A DNA stretch of 64,000 bases from an uncultured SAR86 cluster bacterium (GTDB lineage Bacteria > Pseudomonadota > Gammaproteobacteria > Magnimaribacterales > AG-339-G14), in contig CACPDB010000003.1 in assembly GCA_902632605.1 (NCBI GenBank), positions 66,342 through 130,341 of the forward strand, written 5' to 3'. Positions 29,944-38,860 of this stretch are shown one piece after another (position 1 is the stretch's first letter; every line of letters begins with the position of its first letter). The position numbers were made by a program, and so were the translations under genes. A model generated the notes under the pieces. It had not been told where the DNA came from. It saw only the letters and a program-made list of their open reading frames with translations, and made no database searches.

Positions 29944-30691
29944 ATTAAAAGAAAAAAAAGTATTCATATCTGGCTCATCAAAAGGGATAGGTTTAAGTAT
30001 CGCTTTAAAGTTCATGAATGAAGGAGCAAATGTCATCATAAATTCAAGAAATTCGGATGATTTAATAGAATTAACCAATAAATATAAATCCTTAGATTAT
30101 ATTGAGGGAGATGTTTCTAAAACTGATGATGCTGTAAAGATAGCCTCTTTCATATCTCAAAAATTTAATCAATTAGATGTCTTAATTTGTAATGTTGGAT
30201 CTGGAAAGTCAGTACCTCAAGGAGAAGAAAACTATGAAGAGTGGCAAAAAACATTTTCCAAGAATTTTTTTAGTACAACTAATATTGTTGAAGCTACTAA
30301 GCATTTATTAGAAAAATCAAAAGGCTGTATTGTTTGTATATCTTCCATATGCGCTTTAGAACATATTCCTAATGCTCCAGTAACATATTCAGTTGCTAAA
30401 AACGCAATAAATTCTTACGTAAAGTTTCAATCTTTCCCCTTATCAAAGAAAGGAATCAGGATAAATTCTGTTGCTCCAGGGAACATAAATTTTCCTGGAT
30501 CTACTTGGGAAAAAAAAATTAATGAAAATCCACTCGAAGTAAAAAAAATGATCAAAGAAAATGTACCAATGCAGAGGTTGGGTTCAACAGATGATATTGC
30601 AAATCTCGTTCTTTTTTTATCTTCAGATTTATCTAATTTCACAACTGGCTCAATTTTCACATCTGACGGTGGTCAAACTCGTTCTTTATAG
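29933..30691 (+). CDS. SDR oxidoreductase
   Basis: SGSSKGIG, YSVAK, N..APG, DGG. Confidence 0.9.
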   Translation: MDYKLKEKKVFISGSSKGIGLSIALKFMNEGANVIINSRNSDDLIELTNKYKSLDYIEGDVSKTDDAVKIASFISQKFNQLDVLICNVGSGKSVPQGEENYEEWQKTFSKNFFSTTNIVEATKHLLEKSKGCIVCISSICALEHIPNAPVTYSVAKNAINSYVKFQSFPLSKKGIRINSVAPGNINFPGSTWEKKINENPLEVKKMIKENVPMQRLGSTDDIANLVLFLSSDLSNFTTGSIFTSDGGQTRSL

Positions 30692-30697
30692 AAAAAA

Positions 30698-31531
30698 ATG
30701 ACATTAGATAAATTTAGGTTAGAAAATAAAAATGTTCTAATCACAGGAGCAGCAGGTCTTTTAGGTAAAGAGCATGCATCTGCTATTTTAGAAGTAGGAG
30801 GTAAAGTTATCCTTACTGATGTTACAAAGAAGAAATTAGAAGATACAAAAAAAATTCTTTCTTCTCAATTTAATCCTAATTCTATTTTGATATCAAAAAT
30901 GGATGTTACAAAAAAGGAAGACATCCTAAAAGTTTCAAAGGATTTGTCTAAGTCCAAAATAAGAGTAGATGTTTTGATAAACAATGCAGCAATAAATCCA
31001 AAAGTTGGCAAGAAATTAAATCCTACAAAAAAATTAAGATTTGAAAATTTTTCTTCAGAAGATTGGAATCTGGAATTAGACGTAGGTCTTAAGGGAGCTT
31101 TTTTTTGTAGTCAAATCTTTGGAACAAAAATGGCCTCTGATTCCAAGGGCGGTGTTATTCTAAATATATCTTCTGATCTTTCAGTAATTTCTCCAGATCA
31201 AAGAATTTATCAACTTAAAGGAATTTCTGAAGATAATCAGCCCGTTAAGCCAGTAACTTATTCTGTTATTAAAAATGGTCTTATTGGCTTGACGAAATAT
31301 GTTGCAACGTATTGGTCTTTAAAAGGAGTAAGGTGCAATGCACTTTCACCTGGAGGGGTTTTAACAGATCAGGATAATGAATTCATTAAAAAATTAAATA
31401 GATTGATTCCTCTTGGAAGAATGGCAAGTAAAGATGAATACAGATCTACTGTTCAGTATCTTTGCTCGGAAGCTTCTTCGTATGTAAATGGACAAAATAT
31501 CGTAGTTGATGGGGGAAGAACAATTTGGTAA
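30698..31531 (+). CDS. SDR oxidoreductase (PtmA-like)
   Basis: TGAAGLLG, NNAA, YSVIK, SPGG, VDGG. Confidence 0.88.
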   Translation: MTLDKFRLENKNVLITGAAGLLGKEHASAILEVGGKVILTDVTKKKLEDTKKILSSQFNPNSILISKMDVTKKEDILKVSKDLSKSKIRVDVLINNAAINPKVGKKLNPTKKLRFENFSSEDWNLELDVGLKGAFFCSQIFGTKMASDSKGGVILNISSDLSVISPDQRIYQLKGISEDNQPVKPVTYSVIKNGLIGLTKYVATYWSLKGVRCNALSPGGVLTDQDNEFIKKLNRLIPLGRMASKDEYRSTVQYLCSEASSYVNGQNIVVDGGRTIW

Positions 31532-33282
31532 AAACTTTAGTTACAAGCTCACTAGAGTCAACTTGGCCAAAATCAGGAAAAATAATTTTTTTAGGTAAAT
31601 GGTGCTGTCTTTTTGATAGAAAAGATAAATGGTCTAAATTAGATTATCAAATATCAAATTTTCACTGGGATGATAGAAATAAACTTCAATCTGACTTTAT
31701 AAAACTTGAGACAACTTATGAGGAATTTCTTAATGAACTTCACCCTTATTTAAACAAACTACATAAAAAAAAATACTCAAAGAAATTCTGGAGAATTTTA
31801 ATTGGACCATGGTTATATACTTCCATAAATATTATTTATGACAGGTGGTTTATGCTTCAGAAAGTTATTTCTGAGGAAGGCAGCTTAAATAAGAGTATCT
31901 ACAAAGATTACAAAACCACTCTTATTTCTAGCGATATGGACGATTTCAATTCAAAAATTGAAACAGATCAATGGAATGAAGCATTATATTCTCTAATAAT
32001 TAATAAAATTTATAACTCGAATTTTTGCATTAATTTTTTAGATTCTAAAAAAGAAATGCCCCAAAAAGAGAGCAAAGTAGAGAAAAACTTTTTTTTAAAA
32101 TTTTTAAAGAAAATTTCAAATAAATTTGCGAATATTTTCTCAAAAGACTCAGATGTTTTTATTATTTCTTCTCATCTATCTTTATATAATCAGTTTTTAC
32201 TCTCTTTAAAACTAAATCAATTTCCAACTTTTAGGTTTAAGGACGAAAACAAATTGAAAATTAGTAAAGAATTTTCAGAAAGAGATGTTGGTTTATCTTT
32301 CTCATTAGACAAAACAGATGAATTCAATCGTGTCTTAAATAAAACTCTAATGCACTTAATTCCTCAAAGTTATTTGGAATCATTTGAAATTCTCCTTAAA
32401 AAAACACAAGTTCAAGGATGGCCTGAAAATCCAAAATCCATTTTTACTTCTAATGCATACAATTCAGACGATAAATTTAAATTGTGGGCTGGTTTAAAGG
32501 TTGAAAGAGGCTCAAAACTCATTATCGGTCAACATGGAGGAAACTTCGGCATGACTCCAATGGCAATTCATGAATCACATCAAATAGAAATTGCAGATAG
32601 TTGGTTATCTTGGGGGTGGAAAAATCCTGAAAAGAAAAACATTAATCCTGTTGGAAATTTCAAGTCTTCATTTAAAAGGGCAAAGTACTCACCTAGAGGT
32701 AGCATTCTTTTAGCTGGAATGACTTTGCCCAGATATAGTTATTACTTATATTGTGTACCAATAGCAAGTCAAGTTGAAGCTTACTTAAACGATCAAATAA
32801 AGTTTGCAAAATGTTTACCAAATGAAATGCTTAAATATTTAAATGTAAGGCTTTATTCTTTAGATAGAGGCTGGAATCAAAGAAATAGATGGGAATCTAA
32901 TTTTGGCAGACAAATATCTTTTGACAATAACAAAAAAAAACTAATTAGTTCATTTAAAAATTGCAGAGTATTTATAGGTACATATAATGCAACTACTTAT
33001 ATCGAGGCCTTTTCAGTAAACATGCCAACTATCCTTTTTTGGAACCCTCATCATTGGGAATTAAATAACGTAACAAAAAGTTTATTCCTAAATTTAGAAA
33101 ATGAAAAAATTTTTCATTCAACTCCAGAAAGTGCTGCGGAGCACCTTATTAAGATTTGGGATGATGTAGATTCCTGGTGGTTTAGTGCAAACGTTCAAAG
33201 TTCAATTAATGATTTTAAAAAAACCTTTTCTAAACAAAATCCCCAAGTTCTTAATTCCATAAAAACTTGTTTAACTTCATAA
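31525..33282 (+). CDS. Putative glycosyltransferase, LIC12162-like family (TTG start)
   Basis: FLG.WC, W.ILIGPWL, QHGG, SWGW, YNATT.E pattern recalled for this family; context. Confidence 0.7.
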   Translation: MVKTLVTSSLESTWPKSGKIIFLGKWCCLFDRKDKWSKLDYQISNFHWDDRNKLQSDFIKLETTYEEFLNELHPYLNKLHKKKYSKKFWRILIGPWLYTSINIIYDRWFMLQKVISEEGSLNKSIYKDYKTTLISSDMDDFNSKIETDQWNEALYSLIINKIYNSNFCINFLDSKKEMPQKESKVEKNFFLKFLKKISNKFANIFSKDSDVFIISSHLSLYNQFLLSLKLNQFPTFRFKDENKLKISKEFSERDVGLSFSLDKTDEFNRVLNKTLMHLIPQSYLESFEILLKKTQVQGWPENPKSIFTSNAYNSDDKFKLWAGLKVERGSKLIIGQHGGNFGMTPMAIHESHQIEIADSWLSWGWKNPEKKNINPVGNFKSSFKRAKYSPRGSILLAGMTLPRYSYYLYCVPIASQVEAYLNDQIKFAKCLPNEMLKYLNVRLYSLDRGWNQRNRWESNFGRQISFDNNKKKLISSFKNCRVFIGTYNATTYIEAFSVNMPTILFWNPHHWELNNVTKSLFLNLENEKIFHSTPESAAEHLIKIWDDVDSWWFSANVQSSINDFKKTFSKQNPQVLNSIKTCLTS

Positions 33283-33295
33283 ATGAGGCGCTGTT

Positions 33296-35071
33296 ATTTT
33301 TAAAACAATAAAAAAATCTTATTTTATTCTTCAGACTAATAAAAGAAAATTACCTTTGTTCTTCATATTGTTTTGTTTTCTATCGCTTCTTGACTTATTA
33401 GGGATTGGTTTGTTGGGTCCTTATATAGCTCTTTTTACAGATTCTTCAAAAATTAGCGAGCAGGAAATTTTTTTACTTGCATATGAGTTTATTGGAACAA
33501 ATCTTGAACCATTAACTTTAATGGGACTTTTTTTAATCACAATATTTGCATTTAGAACTGTTTCTGCAATCTTTGTTAATAGGTTTATTTTATTTTATTG
33601 TAGAGATATACAAATATCTCTGAGGACAAGCATGATGAAGTCTTATCAGAGTATGAACTATCAGAAATTTATTTCTTATGATAGTTCAGATGCCATATCA
33701 AATATAACCATACTTACAATGTATTTTACCAATAACGTGCTTTATATGACTTTGAAAGCTTCAGCAGAGCTGCTTTTAGCTTTTTTTATTATCTCTTTTC
33801 TGTTTTTTATAAATCCTGTGCTTGTACTGATTTTAATTGGAGGGTTATTTTTACTTATTCTTTCTTATAGCAGTTTTTTTAAAAATTTAATGAGCTCTTA
33901 TGGAAAAAAAATAAATCTTGCTAATGCAAGTGCAATACAAGCAGTAAAACAAGCTTTGGAAGGTTTAAAAGAAATAAGAGTTTTGGGAAAAGAAAATTTT
34001 TTTTACAACAGACTTGAAGATAACTCAAAGCAATACGCAAATTTACATGCTAATTCAGTATTAATAACCACTGCCTCTAAATATTTTATTGAATTTTCCG
34101 TAATGACATTTTTCATTGTCATAATATCTGCATCATCTTTTTTTGTTTCTAGTGAAACTTCTAACGTCTTAGGAGTAATAGGGATGTTTGCTTTTGCCGC
34201 AATAAGACTCCTACCTGGAGTTACCTTAGTATCATCAGCAATTCTTCAATTAAGAGCTCACAAGAATACTGTTGATAGACTTTTTGACGCTATACAAGAT
34301 CTTAATTTAGAGGTTGAAAAAGAAAAGTTAATAAAAGTTCAGGATTATTATGAACCTATAAAAGATAGTACTTTTAAGTCTATATCTTTAAAAGATATAA
34401 CCTATAGTTATCCTTCTTCAAAAAGAAAGGCCTTAATGAATATTTCTATGAAGATCGAGAAAGGAGAGTCTATTGGAATAATTGGCTCCTCTGGTTCAGG
34501 TAAGACAACCCTAGTTGATATTTTTTTAGGACTCTTGAAGCCTGATGATGGAACAGTTTTATTAAACGATAAGCCTATGGAAGATAATCTTGATTCTTGG
34601 AGAAAAATGACAGCATATATTCCCCAAGAGACACTAATGATAAATGAAAGTTTGAAATCAAATATTAAATTATCTGAAAAGTTTTTGGAAAATGATGAAA
34701 AAAAGCTTTCTGAGATAATTACTCAAGCAAAACTTGAGGATGTTGTAAAAAATCTCCCAGAAGGAATAGAATCAAATTTAGGAGAAGGAGGAATTAAGCT
34801 CTCAGGAGGTCAAAGACAAAGAGTTTCTTTGGCACGAGCAATATTTCATTCAAGAGAACTTTTGGTTTTTGATGAAGCTACGAGCGCCCTAGATATGGAA
34901 ACTGAAGACGAAGTTATGCAAGAGATAAAAAAGATAAAGGGAACTAAAACACTTATTTTAATTGCACATAGACAAGATACCTTAAGATTTTGTGACCGAA
35001 TATTTGAATTAAAGGATGGTAAAGTGATAAGAGAAGGAACCCCAAAAGAAATATTAAATAATATTAGTTAA
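33296..35071 (+). CDS. ABC transporter permease/ATPase, PglK/Wzk-like glycan flippase (true start uncertain)
   Basis: Six-TM N-half; GSSGSGKTT, LSGGQRQR, DEATSALD; frame open from 33287. Confidence 0.85.
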   Translation: MFKTIKKSYFILQTNKRKLPLFFILFCFLSLLDLLGIGLLGPYIALFTDSSKISEQEIFLLAYEFIGTNLEPLTLMGLFLITIFAFRTVSAIFVNRFILFYCRDIQISLRTSMMKSYQSMNYQKFISYDSSDAISNITILTMYFTNNVLYMTLKASAELLLAFFIISFLFFINPVLVLILIGGLFLLILSYSSFFKNLMSSYGKKINLANASAIQAVKQALEGLKEIRVLGKENFFYNRLEDNSKQYANLHANSVLITTASKYFIEFSVMTFFIVIISASSFFVSSETSNVLGVIGMFAFAAIRLLPGVTLVSSAILQLRAHKNTVDRLFDAIQDLNLEVEKEKLIKVQDYYEPIKDSTFKSISLKDITYSYPSSKRKALMNISMKIEKGESIGIIGSSGSGKTTLVDIFLGLLKPDDGTVLLNDKPMEDNLDSWRKMTAYIPQETLMINESLKSNIKLSEKFLENDEKKLSEIITQAKLEDVVKNLPEGIESNLGEGGIKLSGGQRQRVSLARAIFHSRELLVFDEATSALDMETEDEVMQEIKKIKGTKTLILIAHRQDTLRFCDRIFELKDGKVIREGTPKEILNNIS

Positions 35072-35089
35072 TTATATTTTCGTAATCAT

Positions 35090-36418
35090 ATGTGGCAAGC
35101 ATTATCAAATAATCCTGTTTTGCAATTATTTGTAGCAATCTTTATTTTAATTTTATTTTCATTTGATAGAAATTTACTCGTCACCCAATATCTATTTGGT
35201 GGAAGGTCGAATATTTGGTTGATAACAATTTTTGCTACTTTCCTAGTTATGTATTTTCTGTTTTTAATGACATTGCTCAAGGGTAGGTTAGTAATTAGAA
35301 AGAAAGATAGGGGATTAATGTTGATAACCTTTTTATTAGCTCTATATTTTTTATTACACGAATTGATTTTTAGCGACTCACTTGTTTCTATTAAATATAG
35401 CGTTTTTTTGTTTTTAATAAGTATTGCCCTTAGTATTAGATATAACTTTTTCTTCATTTTTAAAGTATTAGGTTACCTAGGAGGTGTGATAGGGTTTATA
35501 GTAATTTTTCAGCAAATTGCTCTTTATATTCTTACTAGTGGCAATATAAGTAGTTTTGACGTCGCTATCAGTGGCGAATTGTGGGGAAGGTCTCCATCAT
35601 GTGATTTTGTAGCCCCACTTGGCATTGGACTTTTTGAAAGATGTGCTGCATCTCCAGATTTTGTGGTTGGTGATTTCATAATAAATAGATCAATCTTTTT
35701 TTCCACTGAACCAAAATATGCCGCATCAATTCTTTTAGTAACATTTTCATGTCTTTTGATATCAACAACTAAGTCGTTTGCAAGAAATATCTTTATATTC
35801 TCGCATTTGCTTAGTTTCGTTTTTATTTTGGCTGGGAGTGCTTTTGTAATACTATTTTTATCTCCAATAATCGTTTACTTAAGATTTATTGGAGCTAAAT
35901 TTTACTCTGCTCTAATTTTTATTGCTCCAGTATTAATCTTGCCTACTTTAGTACAATTTTTTATTAGTGTTGCTGGTGAAGAAAATTTCATATTGTTTAG
36001 ACTTCTAGGCGCAGCAACTGATATAGGTGATGGAAGCTTTAATAGTTATTCTATATTTGGGGAATCATTTGGAAGTTCTTGTGATGGACAAGCCTGCAAA
36101 GACCAAGGCCTACTTGGAAGTTTAACATCAACCTACGGAGTGATTGGACTTCTTCTTTTTTGGTGGTTTTTCTATAAACTTGTCTGCCCTATGTTTGAAA
36201 GTTATAAAATTCAAAAAATTAATATATCGCAAAAAATTGGATTTATGATTCTTTTAAATACATACGTAGTATTTAATATTTATTTTTTTAGCGATATTTT
36301 TAACATGTTTGGGCTATTTATTATTCTGACTTTAATATTACTACCAGGTTATTTAGTTTCTAAGAACGAAGAAAAAATGCCTTCTCAAAATGAAACTGTT
36401 CTTAAAGGGGGAGTTTAA
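35090..36418 (+). CDS. Multi-TM protein, Wzy polymerase/ligase-like
   Basis: About 10-11 hydrophobic segments, R...F.TEP motif, two larger loops with Cys pairs. Confidence 0.55.
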   Translation: MWQALSNNPVLQLFVAIFILILFSFDRNLLVTQYLFGGRSNIWLITIFATFLVMYFLFLMTLLKGRLVIRKKDRGLMLITFLLALYFLLHELIFSDSLVSIKYSVFLFLISIALSIRYNFFFIFKVLGYLGGVIGFIVIFQQIALYILTSGNISSFDVAISGELWGRSPSCDFVAPLGIGLFERCAASPDFVVGDFIINRSIFFSTEPKYAASILLVTFSCLLISTTKSFARNIFIFSHLLSFVFILAGSAFVILFLSPIIVYLRFIGAKFYSALIFIAPVLILPTLVQFFISVAGEENFILFRLLGAATDIGDGSFNSYSIFGESFGSSCDGQACKDQGLLGSLTSTYGVIGLLLFWWFFYKLVCPMFESYKIQKINISQKIGFMILLNTYVVFNIYFFSDIFNMFGLFIILTLILLPGYLVSKNEEKMPSQNETVLKGGV

Positions 36419-37291
36419 ATGTCTAAAGTAATTGTATTTGGAGGAAGTGGCTTTATTGGCTCTCATGTTGCAGATGAACTGACTAAAGCTAACCATGATG
36501 TAACTATTTTTGATAAAAATAGTTCTACTTATTTAAAAGAAAATCAAAAAATGATTCTCGGAGATCTAAATGATGTGGATTTGGTAACTAAAGCAATAGA
36601 GGGAAAAGAAGTTGTATACAATTTTGCAGCTTTATCTGATTTAAATGTCGCAATGGAAAAACCCATTGAAGCAATTAAAAATAATATTTTGGGGAACTGC
36701 CACATTTTGGAAGGTTGTAAGACTAATTCTGTTAAAAGATTTATATATGCAAGTTCTGTGTATGCTAATAGCAGAGAAGGGGGATTTTATGGTTTGACTA
36801 AAAAGTCAGCCGAATCTTATGTAGAAGAATATCAAAGGCATTATGATCTAGACTTTACTATTTTAAGATATGGATCGCTTTATGGTCCAAGGTCAGATAA
36901 GCATAACGGCCTTAGAAAGATTATATCAACCGCAGTTTCTCATAAAGAATTAAAATATATAGGAAATAAAGATTCTGTAAGAGAATATATTCACGTTCAA
37001 GATGCTGCAATTGCTTCTGTTCAAGCTTTAAATAAAAAATATAAAAATAAAAAAATAATACTTACCGGTCATCAACCAATAAAAATAATTGATCTCTTGA
37101 ACATGCTTGCTGAAATAATGAATTACTCTAAAGATACTATAACTTTTTTAGATGAGAATTATGACGGTCATTACATTCAGACTCCATATCATTACGATTC
37201 AGATTTAGCTTTGAAATATGTTCCAGATTCATATGTTGATTTTGGAGAAGGTTTAATTGAATTAATCAAAGATTGTGAAGAAAATAAATAA
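36419..37291 (+). CDS. NAD-dependent epimerase/dehydratase (extended SDR)
   Basis: GGSGFIG, YGLTK, RYGSLYGP, REYIHV.D. Confidence 0.9.
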   Translation: MSKVIVFGGSGFIGSHVADELTKANHDVTIFDKNSSTYLKENQKMILGDLNDVDLVTKAIEGKEVVYNFAALSDLNVAMEKPIEAIKNNILGNCHILEGCKTNSVKRFIYASSVYANSREGGFYGLTKKSAESYVEEYQRHYDLDFTILRYGSLYGPRSDKHNGLRKIISTAVSHKELKYIGNKDSVREYIHVQDAAIASVQALNKKYKNKKIILTGHQPIKIIDLLNMLAEIMNYSKDTITFLDENYDGHYIQTPYHYDSDLALKYVPDSYVDFGEGLIELIKDCEENK

Positions 37292-37315
37292 AAATTATTT
37301 TAGCTACCAGGTACT

Positions 37316-38080
37316 ATGACCAGATTAAAAAAAATAAAATCAATAAGATCTAAATTAAGACTAGGAAAACTAAGTCTTGGAAGTTGGATGCAAATTCCTA
37401 ACTCTTCTGTTGCAGAAATAATGGGTTTTTCAGGATATGACTGGATAGCAATAGATTTAGAGCACGGTTCAATTTCCATAGATACTTTACCTGATTTGTT
37501 CAGAGCAATAGAGCTCGGAGGAAGTCTTCCATTAGTTAGACTAGCCCAAGCAAATGCAAAAGATTGTAAACAGGCATTAGATGCTGGAGCAGGGGGAGTT
37601 GTAGTCCCAATGATTGAATCTGCTGAACAATTAAAGTTTATCAAGGCTCAATCAAGTTGGCCTCCTATTGGAGCCAGAGGAGTTGCATACACAAGGGCAA
37701 ATCTTTTCGGAGGAACTTTCAAAGATTACATGAAAGAAGCTCAGTCCCCATTAATTATTGCAATGATAGAAACTAAACAGGGACTTGAAAACTTAGAAGA
37801 AATTCTTGAAGTAAAAGGGCTAGATGCAATAATGATTGGTCCTTACGATTTATCTGCCTCAATTGGTAAAACGGGTGATTTTAAAAGCATGAAGTATTTG
37901 GACGCCATGCGTATGATCCTAGATTTTGCAAAATCTAAAAATGTACCTTGTGGGATACATATAGTTGAACCATCTGAAACTGAATTAAAAAAAAGAGTCA
38001 AAGAAGGTTTTAGATTCATTGCATATTCTATGGATAGTGTGATGCTTCGAAATTCAGCTAAATTAAAGATTTCAGAATAA
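37316..38080 (+). CDS. HpcH/HpaI-family pyruvate aldolase
   Basis: DLEHG, LDAGAGG, PP.G.RG, MIET, GPYDLS. Confidence 0.92.
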   Translation: MTRLKKIKSIRSKLRLGKLSLGSWMQIPNSSVAEIMGFSGYDWIAIDLEHGSISIDTLPDLFRAIELGGSLPLVRLAQANAKDCKQALDAGAGGVVVPMIESAEQLKFIKAQSSWPPIGARGVAYTRANLFGGTFKDYMKEAQSPLIIAMIETKQGLENLEEILEVKGLDAIMIGPYDLSASIGKTGDFKSMKYLDAMRMILDFAKSKNVPCGIHIVEPSETELKKRVKEGFRFIAYSMDSVMLRNSAKLKISE

Positions 38081-38099
38081 AACGTTTTAGAAATACACA

Positions 38100-38837
38100 T
38101 TGAAAATTTTAGCAATTATACCGGCGCGCATGGGAAGTAGTAGATTTCCTGGAAAGCCTATGGCAAAAATTAATAATAAACCGATGATAGGACATGTTTT
38201 TGAAAGAGTGAATAAATGCAATCTCTTAGACAAGACAGTTGTAGCTACTTGCGATGAGGAAATAAGTGAGTATGTTAAAAGTATAAATGGAGAGGTAGTT
38301 ATGACTAGCGATAGTCATGAAAGAGCCAGTGATAGAGCCGCAGAAGCTCTTGTTTACCTTGAAAATAAATATAATACGACATATGACATTATTGTTATGG
38401 TTCAAGGGGATGAGCCAATGACTCATCCAGATATGATTAATGAGGCGGTCAAGCCAATGATGCAAGATTCATCAATTGGTGTTGTTAATTTATATGCTGA
38501 TATAAAGAATGATAGTGAATTTAATGATAGAAATTGTATAAAGGTAGTTTTAGATAGATATGATGATGCCATTTATTTTTCTAGAGAGCCAATACCCCAT
38601 AAAAAGAAGGGAAGCGATATTTCTATGAAAAAGCAAGTATGTATTATTCCTTTTAAAAGGGATTTTCTATTTGAATACCAAAACATGTCTCCTACTCCTT
38701 TAGAAGTTGCAGAATCTATAGATATGATGAGGGTTTTAGAAAATGGCTATAAAGTAAGAATGGTCCACACCCGACATGAAACTCAAGCAGTTGATACAAA
38801 GGAAGATCTAGAAAAAGTGCAGTTACTAATGTCTTAA
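38100..38837 (+). CDS. kdsB: KdsB-like CMP-ulosonate synthetase (TTG start)
   Basis: IPARMGSSRFPGKP, VATCD, QGDEP, YFSR.PIP, LE..E. Confidence 0.85.
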   Translation: MKILAIIPARMGSSRFPGKPMAKINNKPMIGHVFERVNKCNLLDKTVVATCDEEISEYVKSINGEVVMTSDSHERASDRAAEALVYLENKYNTTYDIIVMVQGDEPMTHPDMINEAVKPMMQDSSIGVVNLYADIKNDSEFNDRNCIKVVLDRYDDAIYFSREPIPHKKKGSDISMKKQVCIIPFKRDFLFEYQNMSPTPLEVAESIDMMRVLENGYKVRMVHTRHETQAVDTKEDLEKVQLLMS

Positions 38838-38860
38838 TAATTTTTATTTCATTTTTTTAA

